DNA from: a virus
Taxonomy: Duplodnaviria; Caudoviricetes
Reading direction: 5' to 3' (one strand)
DNA: 64,000 nucleotides
Virus record (IMG/VR): IMGVR_UViG_3300043105_000102
Span: 91,945-155,944 of that record
The translations under genes and the position numbers were made by a program. Under the pieces are notes generated by a model, which was given only the letters and a program-made list of their open reading frames with translations, was not told the origin of the DNA and searched no databases. Of this stretch, positions 41,162-50,743 are shown piece after piece (positions within the stretch are counted from its first letter, which is position 1; each line of letters opens with the position of its first letter).

Positions 41162-42574
41162 TAGAGAAGAGGATATATAAATTCCACCATGTTTACTTAA
41201 AGCCCCTAATATCTTACTAAGATATTTTTGCTCACATAAATTTCCTCTAAAATTTAAACTTCCAGTAATATCATTTGCTATTTCTTCTGCATCATATCCA
41301 TGTAGCCATTGACTATTATTCCTATCAAGATCATATTCAATTTTACTTAACAAGGAACTTATTGAATAAACATGGATTTTTCTTGCCGCTCTATCATTTA
41401 TTATAATAGTATCTGCATAGTTGCTTAATTGAGAATACCCCATTAGAGAATCTAAAGACACAACAGCTTTAGCGTAATTATGAACGGCATTTAATACACC
41501 TGTTGCCTTTGAAGAAAAATAGCCAACGCTTAATCCGTAAGACAAAGTAGGGTTTACGCCAACAGTTCGAAGCATAGCAGATTCTAAATTAACCGTGCCA
41601 AAATCACGACCTGAAAATTTACTCCAGTTTTTTGCGCTAACTCTAGAAGGTTGGTTATTATTAATTTCAGGAAATTTTATATTAACGTCTATTTTACCTT
41701 GCTTATCACTAAAAGCAGAAGTTACTTCGAAGCTGTCTCCATTTCCTAGTTCCAAGAAAGTTTTTGTTTTACCTTCTTTAGTTTTTGATGTCGTTATTGT
41801 AATGCCCTCTGCGTTAATTATTTCTCCACGATTAGCTGTTTGTTGCCCAAAAGTTGCAGTTTTTCCAAATTCGTTCATTATCTCATCAGTTACTCCTTCA
41901 GTTACTAATTTTACCAAAAAATCTAAGGCATATTCAAATGTCTTTCCTAAAAGGTCATTTGAAATTGGAAAGTTTTGGAAATAAGTAATTTGACTATATA
42001 AATTGTCTATATTGGCAACTTTCTTTATAATATCTTGACTAGAATTTTCAAACAAGATTTTATCTTTGACAAATTCTTCGTCATTTATACCTTTATCTCG
42101 CTTAACTTCTTCTAAAAGTTGTTTTAACTGTTCTTCTAAGTCTCCAACTATTTTGCCAACTTCACCACTTTCATCACCCTTCCATGCCTCAACAGCCTGT
42201 AATCGGGATTCTAGTTCTTTAATAGTTATATATTTTTTATGATTAAAAGAAGTATATTTGCTTAAAGCTATTTTACCACGATCTTCTTCTTCGCCTAAAT
42301 AGCCTGTCGCAAAATCATAATTATATCCATCAAGTTTTTCCCCAATTTCTTCTTCCAACCATTTTTTACTAGCATTAACTAACGCCGTATGTAAGTCCTT
42401 CATCTTATCGGTAGTGGGATTATAAAATATAGCGTTTAAATAATCCTCTAAATCTTGATAACCTTTATTTTTTATTTCATTACCACCCTTAATGATTCTA
42501 TCTTTCCCCTGTTGTAGAACTTTTTTAGTATCTAGGCTATATCTTGCGTAAAACAGAGATTCAATATAATTCAC
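41144..42574 (-). CDS. Hypothetical protein, possible PD-(D/E)xK-fold
   Basis: GTG at 42574 after GGAGG (ORF track gives 42595). GKTFE...KIDV...VSAKN spacing resembles restriction-type nuclease motifs. Confidence 0.6.
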   Translation of the reverse strand: MNYIESLFYARYSLDTKKVLQQGKDRIIKGGNEIKNKGYQDLEDYLNAIFYNPTTDKMKDLHTALVNASKKWLEEEIGEKLDGYNYDFATGYLGEEEDRGKIALSKYTSFNHKKYITIKELESRLQAVEAWKGDESGEVGKIVGDLEEQLKQLLEEVKRDKGINDEEFVKDKILFENSSQDIIKKVANIDNLYSQITYFQNFPISNDLLGKTFEYALDFLVKLVTEGVTDEIMNEFGKTATFGQQTANRGEIINAEGITITTSKTKEGKTKTFLELGNGDSFEVTSAFSDKQGKIDVNIKFPEINNNQPSRVSAKNWSKFSGRDFGTVNLESAMLRTVGVNPTLSYGLSVGYFSSKATGVLNAVHNYAKAVVSLDSLMGYSQLSNYADTIIINDRAARKIHVYSISSLLSKIEYDLDRNNSQWLHGYDAEEIANDITGSLNFRGNLCEQKYLSKILGALSKHGGIYISSSLLTSQK

Positions 42575-42596
42575 TATGTCAACCTCCTTTTTCACT

Positions 42597-42637
42597 AAAA
42601 AAGAAAAGGGGGAGAAAGTTTAAACTTTCTCCCCCTT
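42597..42637 (-). terminator. Terminator after major tail gene
   Basis: AAGGGGGAGAAAG-TTTAAA-CTTTCTCCCCCTTTTCTTTTTT. Confidence 0.8.
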
Positions 42638-42641
42638 AATA

Positions 42642-43661
42642 TTAAAATGTTAATTTATCGTGAGCGCTTTCATGAGTAGTGTCATGTCTGTGCAGATCTA
42701 AGCTACTAGCATCTTCGATAATCTGAATTGCGGCCAAGACCTTTTTGGAATGGTCGAATCTAGTATAATCAGGAAATGCGTCCAGAGTAAAGGTAAATGT
42801 ACTTGGATCGCCACTGCCGGCCATTGTAAAGGTAAAGTTAGACTGAATCTTGCAGTTGGGAATAACAAACTCAGCAGGCATATCCACACCATCAGTAGTA
42901 CGGAACAGAGTAGAAGCCTCTAAGTAATAGTTTCCACCAAACTTGTCAGCAGAAATCTCAATTTGTTGAGCATGAGACTTACGGGCAACATAGTAGTCAA
43001 CCAGAACGCTATCAAATGTACCAGCTTCGGGCAGGTCACTAACAGCATAATCATGAGAAGTAACACCAGACTCAGACTCAGAAGCACTCAGCTCATCATA
43101 AGCCTCATGAGCAGTAATTCTCAGGTTGTAAGTGCCATCCTCTTGAGCTTCCAAATCCTCATGGTAAGGAATGAAAGGCTCAGAAATGATTTCGCCCTCT
43201 TTCACGAACATAACATAAGCCATGTTCTCAGTAGCAGCCGTGAAGGTACCATCCTCACTGGTCTTGCCAAGATAGGGCTTCTCATTAACTTTAATAGTGA
43301 TGGTATCAGCAGTAACGTCACATTCAGAAGCATCGACAGTCTCAGTGACGTGCTGATAGATGGGCTTACTATCGGTAGCATCAATCAGACCGGCACCAGA
43401 CAGAATCATAAATCCTTCAGGTGAAATCAGAGCATCTTCCATGGTAAAGGTAACAGTTCTCTCACCTTCCCATGCAATCAATCTAGCGTTGCCACGTCCA
43501 CCTTGAGCGTACACAGTGGTAGCAGCTCCTTCGACACTAGAGGTTTTCAGAGTATCGAAATAAATGACAGGCTCATTTTTATAGAAAATTTTATTGCCAA
43601 TTTTAGTTGCGGATTTTGCCTTTAAGACAACATCGCAACATTCTCTTACGCCAAATTTCAT
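42642..43661 (-). CDS. Major tail (tube) protein
   Basis: YAQGGRGNARLIAWEGERTVTFTMEDAL...FTMAGSGDPSTFTFTLD; strong codon bias; upstream of the TMP. Confidence 0.85.
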   Translation of the reverse strand: MKFGVRECCDVVLKAKSATKIGNKIFYKNEPVIYFDTLKTSSVEGAATTVYAQGGRGNARLIAWEGERTVTFTMEDALISPEGFMILSGAGLIDATDSKPIYQHVTETVDASECDVTADTITIKVNEKPYLGKTSEDGTFTAATENMAYVMFVKEGEIISEPFIPYHEDLEAQEDGTYNLRITAHEAYDELSASESESGVTSHDYAVSDLPEAGTFDSVLVDYYVARKSHAQQIEISADKFGGNYYLEASTLFRTTDGVDMPAEFVIPNCKIQSNFTFTMAGSGDPSTFTFTLDAFPDYTRFDHSKKVLAAIQIIEDASSLDLHRHDTTHESAHDKLTF

Positions 43662-43694
43662 AAAAAAATTTCCTCCTTATTTAATTAAGTTTTA

Positions 43695-44417
43695 TTAGTG
43701 TAAACCCTTTGTCCAACTTTCTGGCTGATGGTCTGGCTTTCCGCCAGCTAACCGAGTTTGAATATCCAAATCCCAGTTAATATATAGGAAGTATCTTTCT
43801 ATTAAATCATATAGCTGAAACATGGTTAATTTTTCTAACTCCAAAAGAGAGATGTGAAGTCCAATAGTCAAGACAGAAAGGTAAATACTAAATACGTTAG
43901 AGTTAGAGTCACTTTTTTGGGCAGCAACTCTTTGACGACCCCTCATCAATTTATCCGCTATCTCTTTAGCTTTACTATTGGCCGGATTAAAGGCCTGCTG
44001 ATCCATTGGGCCTTCTTGAGAGCAAAACACTTGGCGCAACACCGATTGGAAAGCATCAAAATTGTTTTCATCAACAACATGAGACTCTTTTTCCTCTTGG
44101 AATAGTAAACTTTGCGGCGTCATTAACACCTTATATTTAGGGAAAATCAATGTAAAAACTTGAAGGACACTGCGTTTCTTATCAAGAGTTTGCTTATCCT
44201 TCATTATCGTCATGAATATTTGAAAATTTGATGTTCTGTCTAAAACATCTTTGTCCTCGATAAACATAGACTTATATAAGCATAAAGTTTGAACGCCTAT
44301 AAAGAAATCTGTTTGGCCGAGGTAGGAGATTTCTGTAATGGAAGGTTGGTGTAAAATTAGCTGACATTCAGGGATTGGAATGTCAACCCCAGTCATTAAG
44401 GCGAGTCTGATGTCCAT
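43695..44417 (-). CDS. Hypothetical tail morphogenesis protein (240 aa)
   Basis: Coupled ORF between the tail-completion candidate and the major tail gene. Confidence 0.7.
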   Translation of the reverse strand: MDIRLALMTGVDIPIPECQLILHQPSITEISYLGQTDFFIGVQTLCLYKSMFIEDKDVLDRTSNFQIFMTIMKDKQTLDKKRSVLQVFTLIFPKYKVLMTPQSLLFQEEKESHVVDENNFDAFQSVLRQVFCSQEGPMDQQAFNPANSKAKEIADKLMRGRQRVAAQKSDSNSNVFSIYLSVLTIGLHISLLELEKLTMFQLYDLIERYFLYINWDLDIQTRLAGGKPDHQPESWTKGLH

Positions 44418-44944
44418 GGTACAGGCACTTTATCCTCTCCGCCATGAATAGCTCTATAAAGTAAACATACACCACATAATTCATCGGTATAATTTACTTG
44501 AACGGCTCCTTCAAACTGCAAAAGGCCAATTCCAGTTAATCTTTTATTATTAAGCATAGAATCAATCTCGGCGGCAATCCTATAGGGTCGCATCTGAAAA
44601 TCTTTAAGCTGCCATTGACTAAAATGGCAAACAATATCGAACTCAACTAAGTTATCACGGAACTGCGGATTATTTTGGTTAGTAGTAAAATTATCAAAAT
44701 TAATAAAGATGTAGTTAAGTACGGACTCGTCCACTAAGAGCTTCGGAACACTTTTTATATTTTTTCCGAAAAGTTCTAGAACCTGTTCATCTGTTAAGTC
44801 AGAATGAGAAAGTGGATCTTTATCTGTATAATACAGCAATTTTTGAATCCGTTTATTTTCTAATATCTTTTTTACGATAATTGACATATCCTTTTCCATA
44901 GATAAAAAACTTGAGTTAGGGGTATTTACTCCGTCAATCTTCAT
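44396..44944 (-). CDS. Probable tail terminator/completion protein
   Basis: FDIVCHFSQW...RPYRIAAEIDSMLN pattern; synteny. Confidence 0.55.
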   Translation of the reverse strand: MKIDGVNTPNSSFLSMEKDMSIIVKKILENKRIQKLLYYTDKDPLSHSDLTDEQVLELFGKNIKSVPKLLVDESVLNYIFINFDNFTTNQNNPQFRDNLVEFDIVCHFSQWQLKDFQMRPYRIAAEIDSMLNNKRLTGIGLLQFEGAVQVNYTDELCGVCLLYRAIHGGEDKVPVPWTSDSP

Positions 44945-44965
44945 AAAAAATCTCCTTTTTCTCTT

Positions 44966-46021
44966 TTAAAATAAAGAATCTACTTTAATCACTTTTGTAT
45001 AAAGTCCATAAGTCAGCTCAAATTGGCCACTGTATGGGCTAGTCCAAATTAGTTTAATATGTAATGGGTTATTGGGGTCTACTGCAAATTCTACAGGAGT
45101 CCCTTTTGAGACGCTCCATAAGCCATTATTCAAACCTTTATAAGTATATTCGTAAACCTTATTAGGTTTAATAAAGCTATCTCCATCCAATAGAGTTTCC
45201 ACGTTAGAAGGATTAGGATTGGTTGGGGGTTCAATGCGGCCATCAGCTATTCCCTTTTCAAGGTCATCTTCAAATTCATTACTATAATATTCTGTGGCGT
45301 TGACCTCTAAAATGCCGGGAGTACTTATCCCATCAACAGCTTCTACTCTCCAGCAGGTAGTTGAAACTTTTCCCTCAGTATCTTTCATAAAGAATCTAGC
45401 ATATCTTTTAAAGTACTTTGTAGTTTCTTCTGTCCGTGGCAGTAAGATATTTAATGAATAGTTAGGTCTATCCATACTAATATCGTGTTTTGAAACATAG
45501 TCAATTTTTGTCTCTGTAGGGCCTCTCACGGCGGCATAAGTAGTGCCATCTTCCCAAGAAATAGTATAGGAGCATCGGCGGATTTCCCCTCTAAAGTAAG
45601 CTAATTCAGTTAAATCTTGAAGATAAACTAACCAAAAGGTATTAGTACCTATCCATTCAAACACGTCCCCCACTGATATTTTATCTTCGTAGTGGACTGA
45701 AAGGATTTTATCATCATAGTCTTGCTTATTTTTATCAGGGTTAATTAAAGCTCTAACAACTTTTGATTCTTCCTCAGAGACTTTCTTAATATTGGCGCCT
45801 TGATAAGAATACTTTAGCGCCCTATCTAAAGAGCGTCTCTTATCATAAATCATTCTGTCTTGTTGGATAAATCCGCCGCCATTAGCTAATCTAGTGGCCT
45901 GTTCTTCTAGTCCTTCTAAATCTGATTTTAAAGGTTCTTCTTCCTTCCTAGAGGCTTCAGGCATCCCTTTATATAATCCCAGACGTTGACTCATTAAGTC
46001 CAAAGAAGTATTTTTTTTCAT
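44966..46021 (-). CDS. Probable head closure / neck protein
   Basis: VGDVFEW...FWLV...AYFRGEIRRC beta-barrel pattern; synteny. Confidence 0.55.
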   Translation of the reverse strand: MKKNTSLDLMSQRLGLYKGMPEASRKEEEPLKSDLEGLEEQATRLANGGGFIQQDRMIYDKRRSLDRALKYSYQGANIKKVSEEESKVVRALINPDKNKQDYDDKILSVHYEDKISVGDVFEWIGTNTFWLVYLQDLTELAYFRGEIRRCSYTISWEDGTTYAAVRGPTETKIDYVSKHDISMDRPNYSLNILLPRTEETTKYFKRYARFFMKDTEGKVSTTCWRVEAVDGISTPGILEVNATEYYSNEFEDDLEKGIADGRIEPPTNPNPSNVETLLDGDSFIKPNKVYEYTYKGLNNGLWSVSKGTPVEFAVDPNNPLHIKLIWTSPYSGQFELTYGLYTKVIKVDSLF

Positions 46022-46317
46022 TTATCTAACTCCTGTAATAGACTAATGCTTTCAAATATTGTTTTCCGATATAGCTCAAAATTAGTTTCTGTTACACGAA
46101 GCCCTTCCAATTTACTTAAAAGGTGCAAGAAAACTGGACTAATGAAAAAAATTTCATTTAGTCCAGCTATCTCAATGATAACAGTGTCTAATTGCTTTTG
46201 CCAATCTTCTTCTTTTTCACGCATTGGAATTAATTTCCATAGCTGATTTGTTAAGCGTTTTATATTCTTTTGAATACTTTCTTCCGAGAAACTTTTACCG
46301 TACTTATTTGAGGGCAC
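46018..46317 (-). CDS. Hypothetical neck-region protein
   Basis: ORF track gives 46018-46410. GTG at 46317 minimises overlap with the upstream gene; start uncertain. Confidence 0.55.
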   Translation of the reverse strand: MPSNKYGKSFSEESIQKNIKRLTNQLWKLIPMREKEEDWQKQLDTVIIEIAGLNEIFFISPVFLHLLSKLEGLRVTETNFELYRKTIFESISLLQELDK

Positions 46318-46897
46318 TTTTTTGTCTAAGACTAGACCAGTTTGACTCATAAACGCCATTCTCGTTAGTCTTTCTCCTCTTATAAAGTCTTTGCATATGG
46401 AAAGATTCACGTTGGGCTTCCGCCAATAGTGAGAGTAATTTACTCAAGTGGTTAGCTTGCGAAGTAAACTTAAAATCAGACCCGCTATATTTCATGCGTA
46501 TATTTTCAATAGAAGCTACTTGGCGCTCAATCCAACCTTGTTTCATTAGCAAAGCAAGTATATTTATTTCCTCAGAAGTAAGAGTGGATGAAAAAGAAGA
46601 TTTTTCAACAATAACGTCAGGAACACTAACCTCAGAATCTTCTGGAAGTTCATTCCAGATAACGCCAATTATAAAATCATCAGGTTCAATTTCATCTTCG
46701 CGCATTACCTCAGTTTTAATTTCATAGTCATATAAATTCTGTCTAGGAAATTCAAAGCCCGGAATGGCATCAACCAAAAGTCTCTGTAAATCTTTAATGG
46801 TGTCTTGTGGGGTTAATTCCATATACATATCATCAGTAATTTTTCCAAGAAAGCGATTATAAATAGCGGAAAATGATGTACCTTCCACTATAATCAA
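46304..46897 (-). CDS. Probable head-tail adaptor
   Basis: LTSEEINILALLM...YSGSDFKFTSQANHL; position after the capsid gene. Confidence 0.55.
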   Translation of the reverse strand: MIIVEGTSFSAIYNRFLGKITDDMYMELTPQDTIKDLQRLLVDAIPGFEFPRQNLYDYEIKTEVMREDEIEPDDFIIGVIWNELPEDSEVSVPDVIVEKSSFSSTLTSEEINILALLMKQGWIERQVASIENIRMKYSGSDFKFTSQANHLSKLLSLLAEAQRESFHMQRLYKRRKTNENGVYESNWSSLRQKSALK

Positions 46898-46905
46898 ACC
46901 TCCTT

Positions 46906-47475
46906 TTAATCTTCGGCAGAAGTTGTATCAACAACCTTGTATTCAGGTAAAGAAGCTCTTCTTCCACTAGTTTCAGTAGTGGTTGCCTTTACTCTGCGCT
47001 TGGGGGCTTCGGTAGTAGCCTTTTGGCCATCTTCCTCATAGGCTTCTTCTATATGCTCTAAAGTCTTGCTAACATCAAAGCCAGTCTTTTCTTTTAAAGC
47101 ACGTCTCTTCTGAATGTCATTAAGAGGAAGGGAAATCGCCAGCTTCTTAACAAGGTCGATTACTCCAACAGGCGCAAAGTCTAAACAATCCAAGAAAGCG
47201 TCCAGAGAACCTTCTGTCAGCAGTTTAATAATATCTTGCTCAGACATATTATATTCAGGCTCAGTGGCCATGTTAAGCTCTTCCTTGGCTTCTTCACTTT
47301 GAATTTGCAAGAAATTTACCATAATTTCTTTTCCACCCGGAATATAGGAAAGTTTTTCCAGCTCTTCAAAAGGAATCTTTTTCACTTCTCCGGGGACAAA
47401 TTCTCTACGAATACCCAGCTCAGGGATTCTATAAGTTACAAGACTAGCACTTCTATTTTTAACTTGATAAGTCAT
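46906..47475 (-). CDS. Hypothetical head-module protein (189 aa)
   Basis: RBS AAGGAG; directly after the major capsid gene. Confidence 0.7.
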   Translation of the reverse strand: MTYQVKNRSASLVTYRIPELGIRREFVPGEVKKIPFEELEKLSYIPGGKEIMVNFLQIQSEEAKEELNMATEPEYNMSEQDIIKLLTEGSLDAFLDCLDFAPVGVIDLVKKLAISLPLNDIQKRRALKEKTGFDVSKTLEHIEEAYEEDGQKATTEAPKRRVKATTTETSGRRASLPEYKVVDTTSAED

Positions 47476-47500
47476 TATTTATTTCTCCTTTTTCTCCGAG

Positions 47501-47532
47501 AAGGTAGAACTAAGAAAACTTAGTCCTACCTT
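47501..47532 (-). terminator. Stem-loop after major capsid gene
   Basis: AAGGTAGGACTAAG-TTTT-CTTAGTTCTACCTT. Confidence 0.55.
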
Positions 47533-47545
47533 TTATATGATTTAC

Positions 47546-48655
47546 TTAGTCAGCAGTGGTGCCATCAAGGCGGCCATCATAAGTAGTGACTTGACCAGTC
47601 ACGCCATCCAGATGCCAAGTATCCATCTTGCCCATCAGAGCAGTATCGACATAAGCAAAGATGTTGTTGGTCAGCATACAAGTGACGCCAACCTTCTTAT
47701 AAACCTGAATCTCACGAGACAGGTCAGCATTCTGGGCCTCGTTGACAATAGTATTGCCTTCAAAAGCAACCTTCACAGGCTTGCTATCAGCGCCAGAAGG
47801 AATAATCCAAGCATAACCGGGGTCAATGACTTTACGGCTGTTGGTTTCATCCTCAAAGCCCTGCTCAAGAATAACGACATTCTTACCCTTGTAGTTAGCA
47901 AGGCGGCCAGTCTCCCACAGCTCAGTCTTCATGCCCTCGGTGTAGCGCCAAGCCTCTTGAGGAATCATGTTCACAGCGAACTCATAAGTGCAGTAAATGG
48001 TAGGAGTGCCATAAGCAGAAGCACCAGTAATCAGTCTATCAAATGTAGCTTCATCAAAACCGGGAGCCGCAGCACGGTTGGCAGGAGGCAACTGGTTAAT
48101 GGAAGCTTTCAGAGCAGCGCCAATTTCCTTGTAGATAAGCTCATTCATGCCATCAGTAATGACATTAGTAACCTCAGCCCAATCAACACGGCCATCCAAG
48201 AACTCCTCGAAGCCAATCTGAGCAGCGCCGCCAATAGCACTAGTTCTAACTTCGAAGGACTCTTCGTTCTTACCCAGCTTAAAGACCTCATAACGGCCAC
48301 CTAAGCCAACACGAGTAATAAACTGTTTAGCTCTGTTATTAGAAGTGAGCTTATGCTTGAAGATAATCTTCTGACCTTGGGCGAAGGTCTTAATCTCAGC
48401 GAACTGCTGATACTGCTCAACAACTTTCTTGGGCAGCACATCGTCCACATACTCCTCCATCACGGAGAAGATAAAATTCTTATTTTCACGATACAGTCTG
48501 TAATTACCAGCCAGCTCGTTCAACTCTTTACGCAGAGTCTCTTGCAGAGCCTCATAACTCAGATTCTGGCCATTAAAGCTATAGGCAACAGGAGCGGAAG
48601 GGTCTGCTCTATAAGTCTGCTTCATTAAAGCAAGTAAATTTTCTCTATCCAACAT
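47546..48655 (-). CDS. Major capsid protein
   Basis: 369 aa, strongest codon bias in the window; follows protease-scaffold and decoration genes. Confidence 0.85.
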   Translation of the reverse strand: MLDRENLLALMKQTYRADPSAPVAYSFNGQNLSYEALQETLRKELNELAGNYRLYRENKNFIFSVMEEYVDDVLPKKVVEQYQQFAEIKTFAQGQKIIFKHKLTSNNRAKQFITRVGLGGRYEVFKLGKNEESFEVRTSAIGGAAQIGFEEFLDGRVDWAEVTNVITDGMNELIYKEIGAALKASINQLPPANRAAAPGFDEATFDRLITGASAYGTPTIYCTYEFAVNMIPQEAWRYTEGMKTELWETGRLANYKGKNVVILEQGFEDETNSRKVIDPGYAWIIPSGADSKPVKVAFEGNTIVNEAQNADLSREIQVYKKVGVTCMLTNNIFAYVDTALMGKMDTWHLDGVTGQVTTYDGRLDGTTAD

Positions 48656-48675
48656 ATTAGTTTCCCCTCCTCTTA

Positions 48676-49422
48676 TTAGACAATACGCATAATTTTAACA
48701 GCAGCTTGGCGGTCAGGCAGATTATAAACCTTGACAACCTGCCAAGTCATCTTATCATCAGTGCCAGCTTCAAGAATGCCCTTATCGCCAACCTTCAGAG
48801 TGTCACCAACAGCCAGAGTCTCGGCGTTGACAGTATTGGTAGTGAAAATGTCACCAACATTAGTCTTAAAGACGCGAGGAACCATAGTAGTGCCCTCGGG
48901 CATCTTGGCAGCGGTGTACTGAGGTTCAACATGGAAAGGATCTTCGTTGTAACGAGGCTCATAGATGTCGGGGCCAGCAGTCACATCGTCATACTTATAT
49001 GTGTTGTCGCCCAGAGTAATCTCACTCTTACCTTCGGCATCAACGCCATTGTAGTAACGAGACTGGGGATCATCATCATCACCATATTTATTGCCGCCAT
49101 AGGGGCTATAAATACGAGCCTGATAGTTGTCCTTCAGCATTGCAAACTCGCAATCATCTTGGCCGTCACGATACAATTTAATCTCATTGAAAACCAGCAT
49201 CCATTCGCCGGCTCCCTCAAAGTCAACTAAGCCTTTAGCATAGTCATACTTTACGAACTGGCCCTGCTCCAGAATATCAATATCAGCAGCAGCGGGCAGT
49301 TGTGCATAAATTTGAGCAGTCTTTTGGGCAGACAGATGGTTAGGCTCGACTTGGCCGTAGCCCCACTGCACATAAGTAGCCTGACTCTTTATACCATTTC
49401 TAGTTAAGAAATCACTAAGCAT
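48676..49422 (-). CDS. Capsid decoration / minor head protein
   Basis: GYGQVEPNHLSAQKTAQIYAQLPA...VGDIFTTN; between scaffold and MCP; high-expression codon bias. Confidence 0.65.
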   Translation of the reverse strand: MLSDFLTRNGIKSQATYVQWGYGQVEPNHLSAQKTAQIYAQLPAAADIDILEQGQFVKYDYAKGLVDFEGAGEWMLVFNEIKLYRDGQDDCEFAMLKDNYQARIYSPYGGNKYGDDDDPQSRYYNGVDAEGKSEITLGDNTYKYDDVTAGPDIYEPRYNEDPFHVEPQYTAAKMPEGTTMVPRVFKTNVGDIFTTNTVNAETLAVGDTLKVGDKGILEAGTDDKMTWQVVKVYNLPDRQAAVKIMRIV

Positions 49423-49437
49423 TTTATATCCTCCTTA

Positions 49438-50727
49438 TTAGTCCATTGTTTTTGCAACTTCAAGCGCAGCTTTTACCCACGCAGGAGTCGAATCAATTTG
49501 AGATGAATCCCCATTTAAGTTATAAGAAATTGGGGCTTCTTCTTCTTCCAGAGAGAAACTTACCTTATTGCGGAAACAAATAACAGAAAGCTCTTTTTCT
49601 ATATCATCCAAAGAGTAAGTATCAATGTTATCTATAACATTTTTCTTATCTTCATTAGACAGCATATAGAAGCTATCAATCATATCTTCCTTTTGCTTTC
49701 TCTCGATAGCATTGCGGAACTGGGTTAAATTAGCTACCTGTTCCTCTAAAGAACGCTTTTCCGCAGATACGTTATTATACATTATCTGAAGCGCAGCATA
49801 AGAGTTTTGTAAGTTGGAATATTTAGAAACCAATTCTTGATAGACGGGATTCTCTTCTAAAGAGAACTCCTTTTTCTCAGGTTCTTTTTCAACAACTTCG
49901 ACCTCTTCTTCCTCAGAAGTTTCTTCTTCTTGGAGTGTAGTTTCTACCTCTTCGACCGGGGTTTCAACTTCTTCCACAGAAGTCTCTTCATTTTCCGTAG
50001 AGGTTTCTACAGCTTGAATATCCTCTTCTAACACTTGCGTTCCTCCTTTTTCCATTAGTTCTTTTAGTTCTTCCATCATTGAATACAATTTACTTTGCAT
50101 CTCCTCTTGCAAAGAGAACTGTACGTTACCAATAGAAGCACCTTCAAAGCAAGGCTCATAATCTTCACCTAAAATACAAAGTTTCTTGATTATAGCCTCA
50201 TTGATAATAAAAAATTGGGGTTTTCCACTAGAATCTTTTGTCCAAAACGCATCAATATTTTTATCATCTAATTCCATTGACTGGTTGTTACCTTTATCCA
50301 AAATTCTTTGGGCTTCTGGATAAATAGAAGTCCATAAGTAACCTTCAGTTACTAGATACGTGCGCTCATTGACGCCATCATCTAAGAACTTTTGGAACCA
50401 AACTTTGGCATTTAAATCAACGAAACCATAAGGTTGCATTCCGGGTTCATCTTGCAGAACCCATTTGCCATCTTCATCCATTTGGAAGGTCTTGTTATGC
50501 TCCTCAAAATCTCCTTCGTCCTTGTTGTAATAACCAATAATGGCGGCACCTCTTAAGCTAGGCGCCATTTTTAAAGCTGTCTCTTTGGTGATAACACTTC
50601 TATTGCGATTGGGTTCATCGCCAACATAACAAACTTTAATCTGACATTTAGAAATTAAAGGAGAAAAACTAGAATCTTCCATGGAAATAATTTCTATTTC
50701 TGGCAGTGCGATACTTGTATGTGTCAT
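49438..50727 (-). CDS. Prohead protease-scaffold fusion
   Basis: N-terminal NRNRSVI...DFEEH...YLVTEGYLW...QSMEL...LCILG; acidic linker and coiled-coil C-terminus. Confidence 0.75.
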   Translation of the reverse strand: MTHTSIALPEIEIISMEDSSFSPLISKCQIKVCYVGDEPNRNRSVITKETALKMAPSLRGAAIIGYYNKDEGDFEEHNKTFQMDEDGKWVLQDEPGMQPYGFVDLNAKVWFQKFLDDGVNERTYLVTEGYLWTSIYPEAQRILDKGNNQSMELDDKNIDAFWTKDSSGKPQFFIINEAIIKKLCILGEDYEPCFEGASIGNVQFSLQEEMQSKLYSMMEELKELMEKGGTQVLEEDIQAVETSTENEETSVEEVETPVEEVETTLQEEETSEEEEVEVVEKEPEKKEFSLEENPVYQELVSKYSNLQNSYAALQIMYNNVSAEKRSLEEQVANLTQFRNAIERKQKEDMIDSFYMLSNEDKKNVIDNIDTYSLDDIEKELSVICFRNKVSFSLEEEEAPISYNLNGDSSQIDSTPAWVKAALEVAKTMD

Positions 50728-50743
50728 TTTCTTTTTCCCTCCT

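Noticed and set aside
40598-44417. Programmed frameshift in a tail chaperone pair
   Set aside because: No overlapping second ORF or convincing slippery site before the TMP.
42963-49230. Long plus-strand ORFs opposite the major tail, capsid and decoration genes (e.g. 47537-48304), and similar shadows elsewhere
   Set aside because: Antisense shadows of strongly codon-biased genes; no RBS or recognisable motifs.
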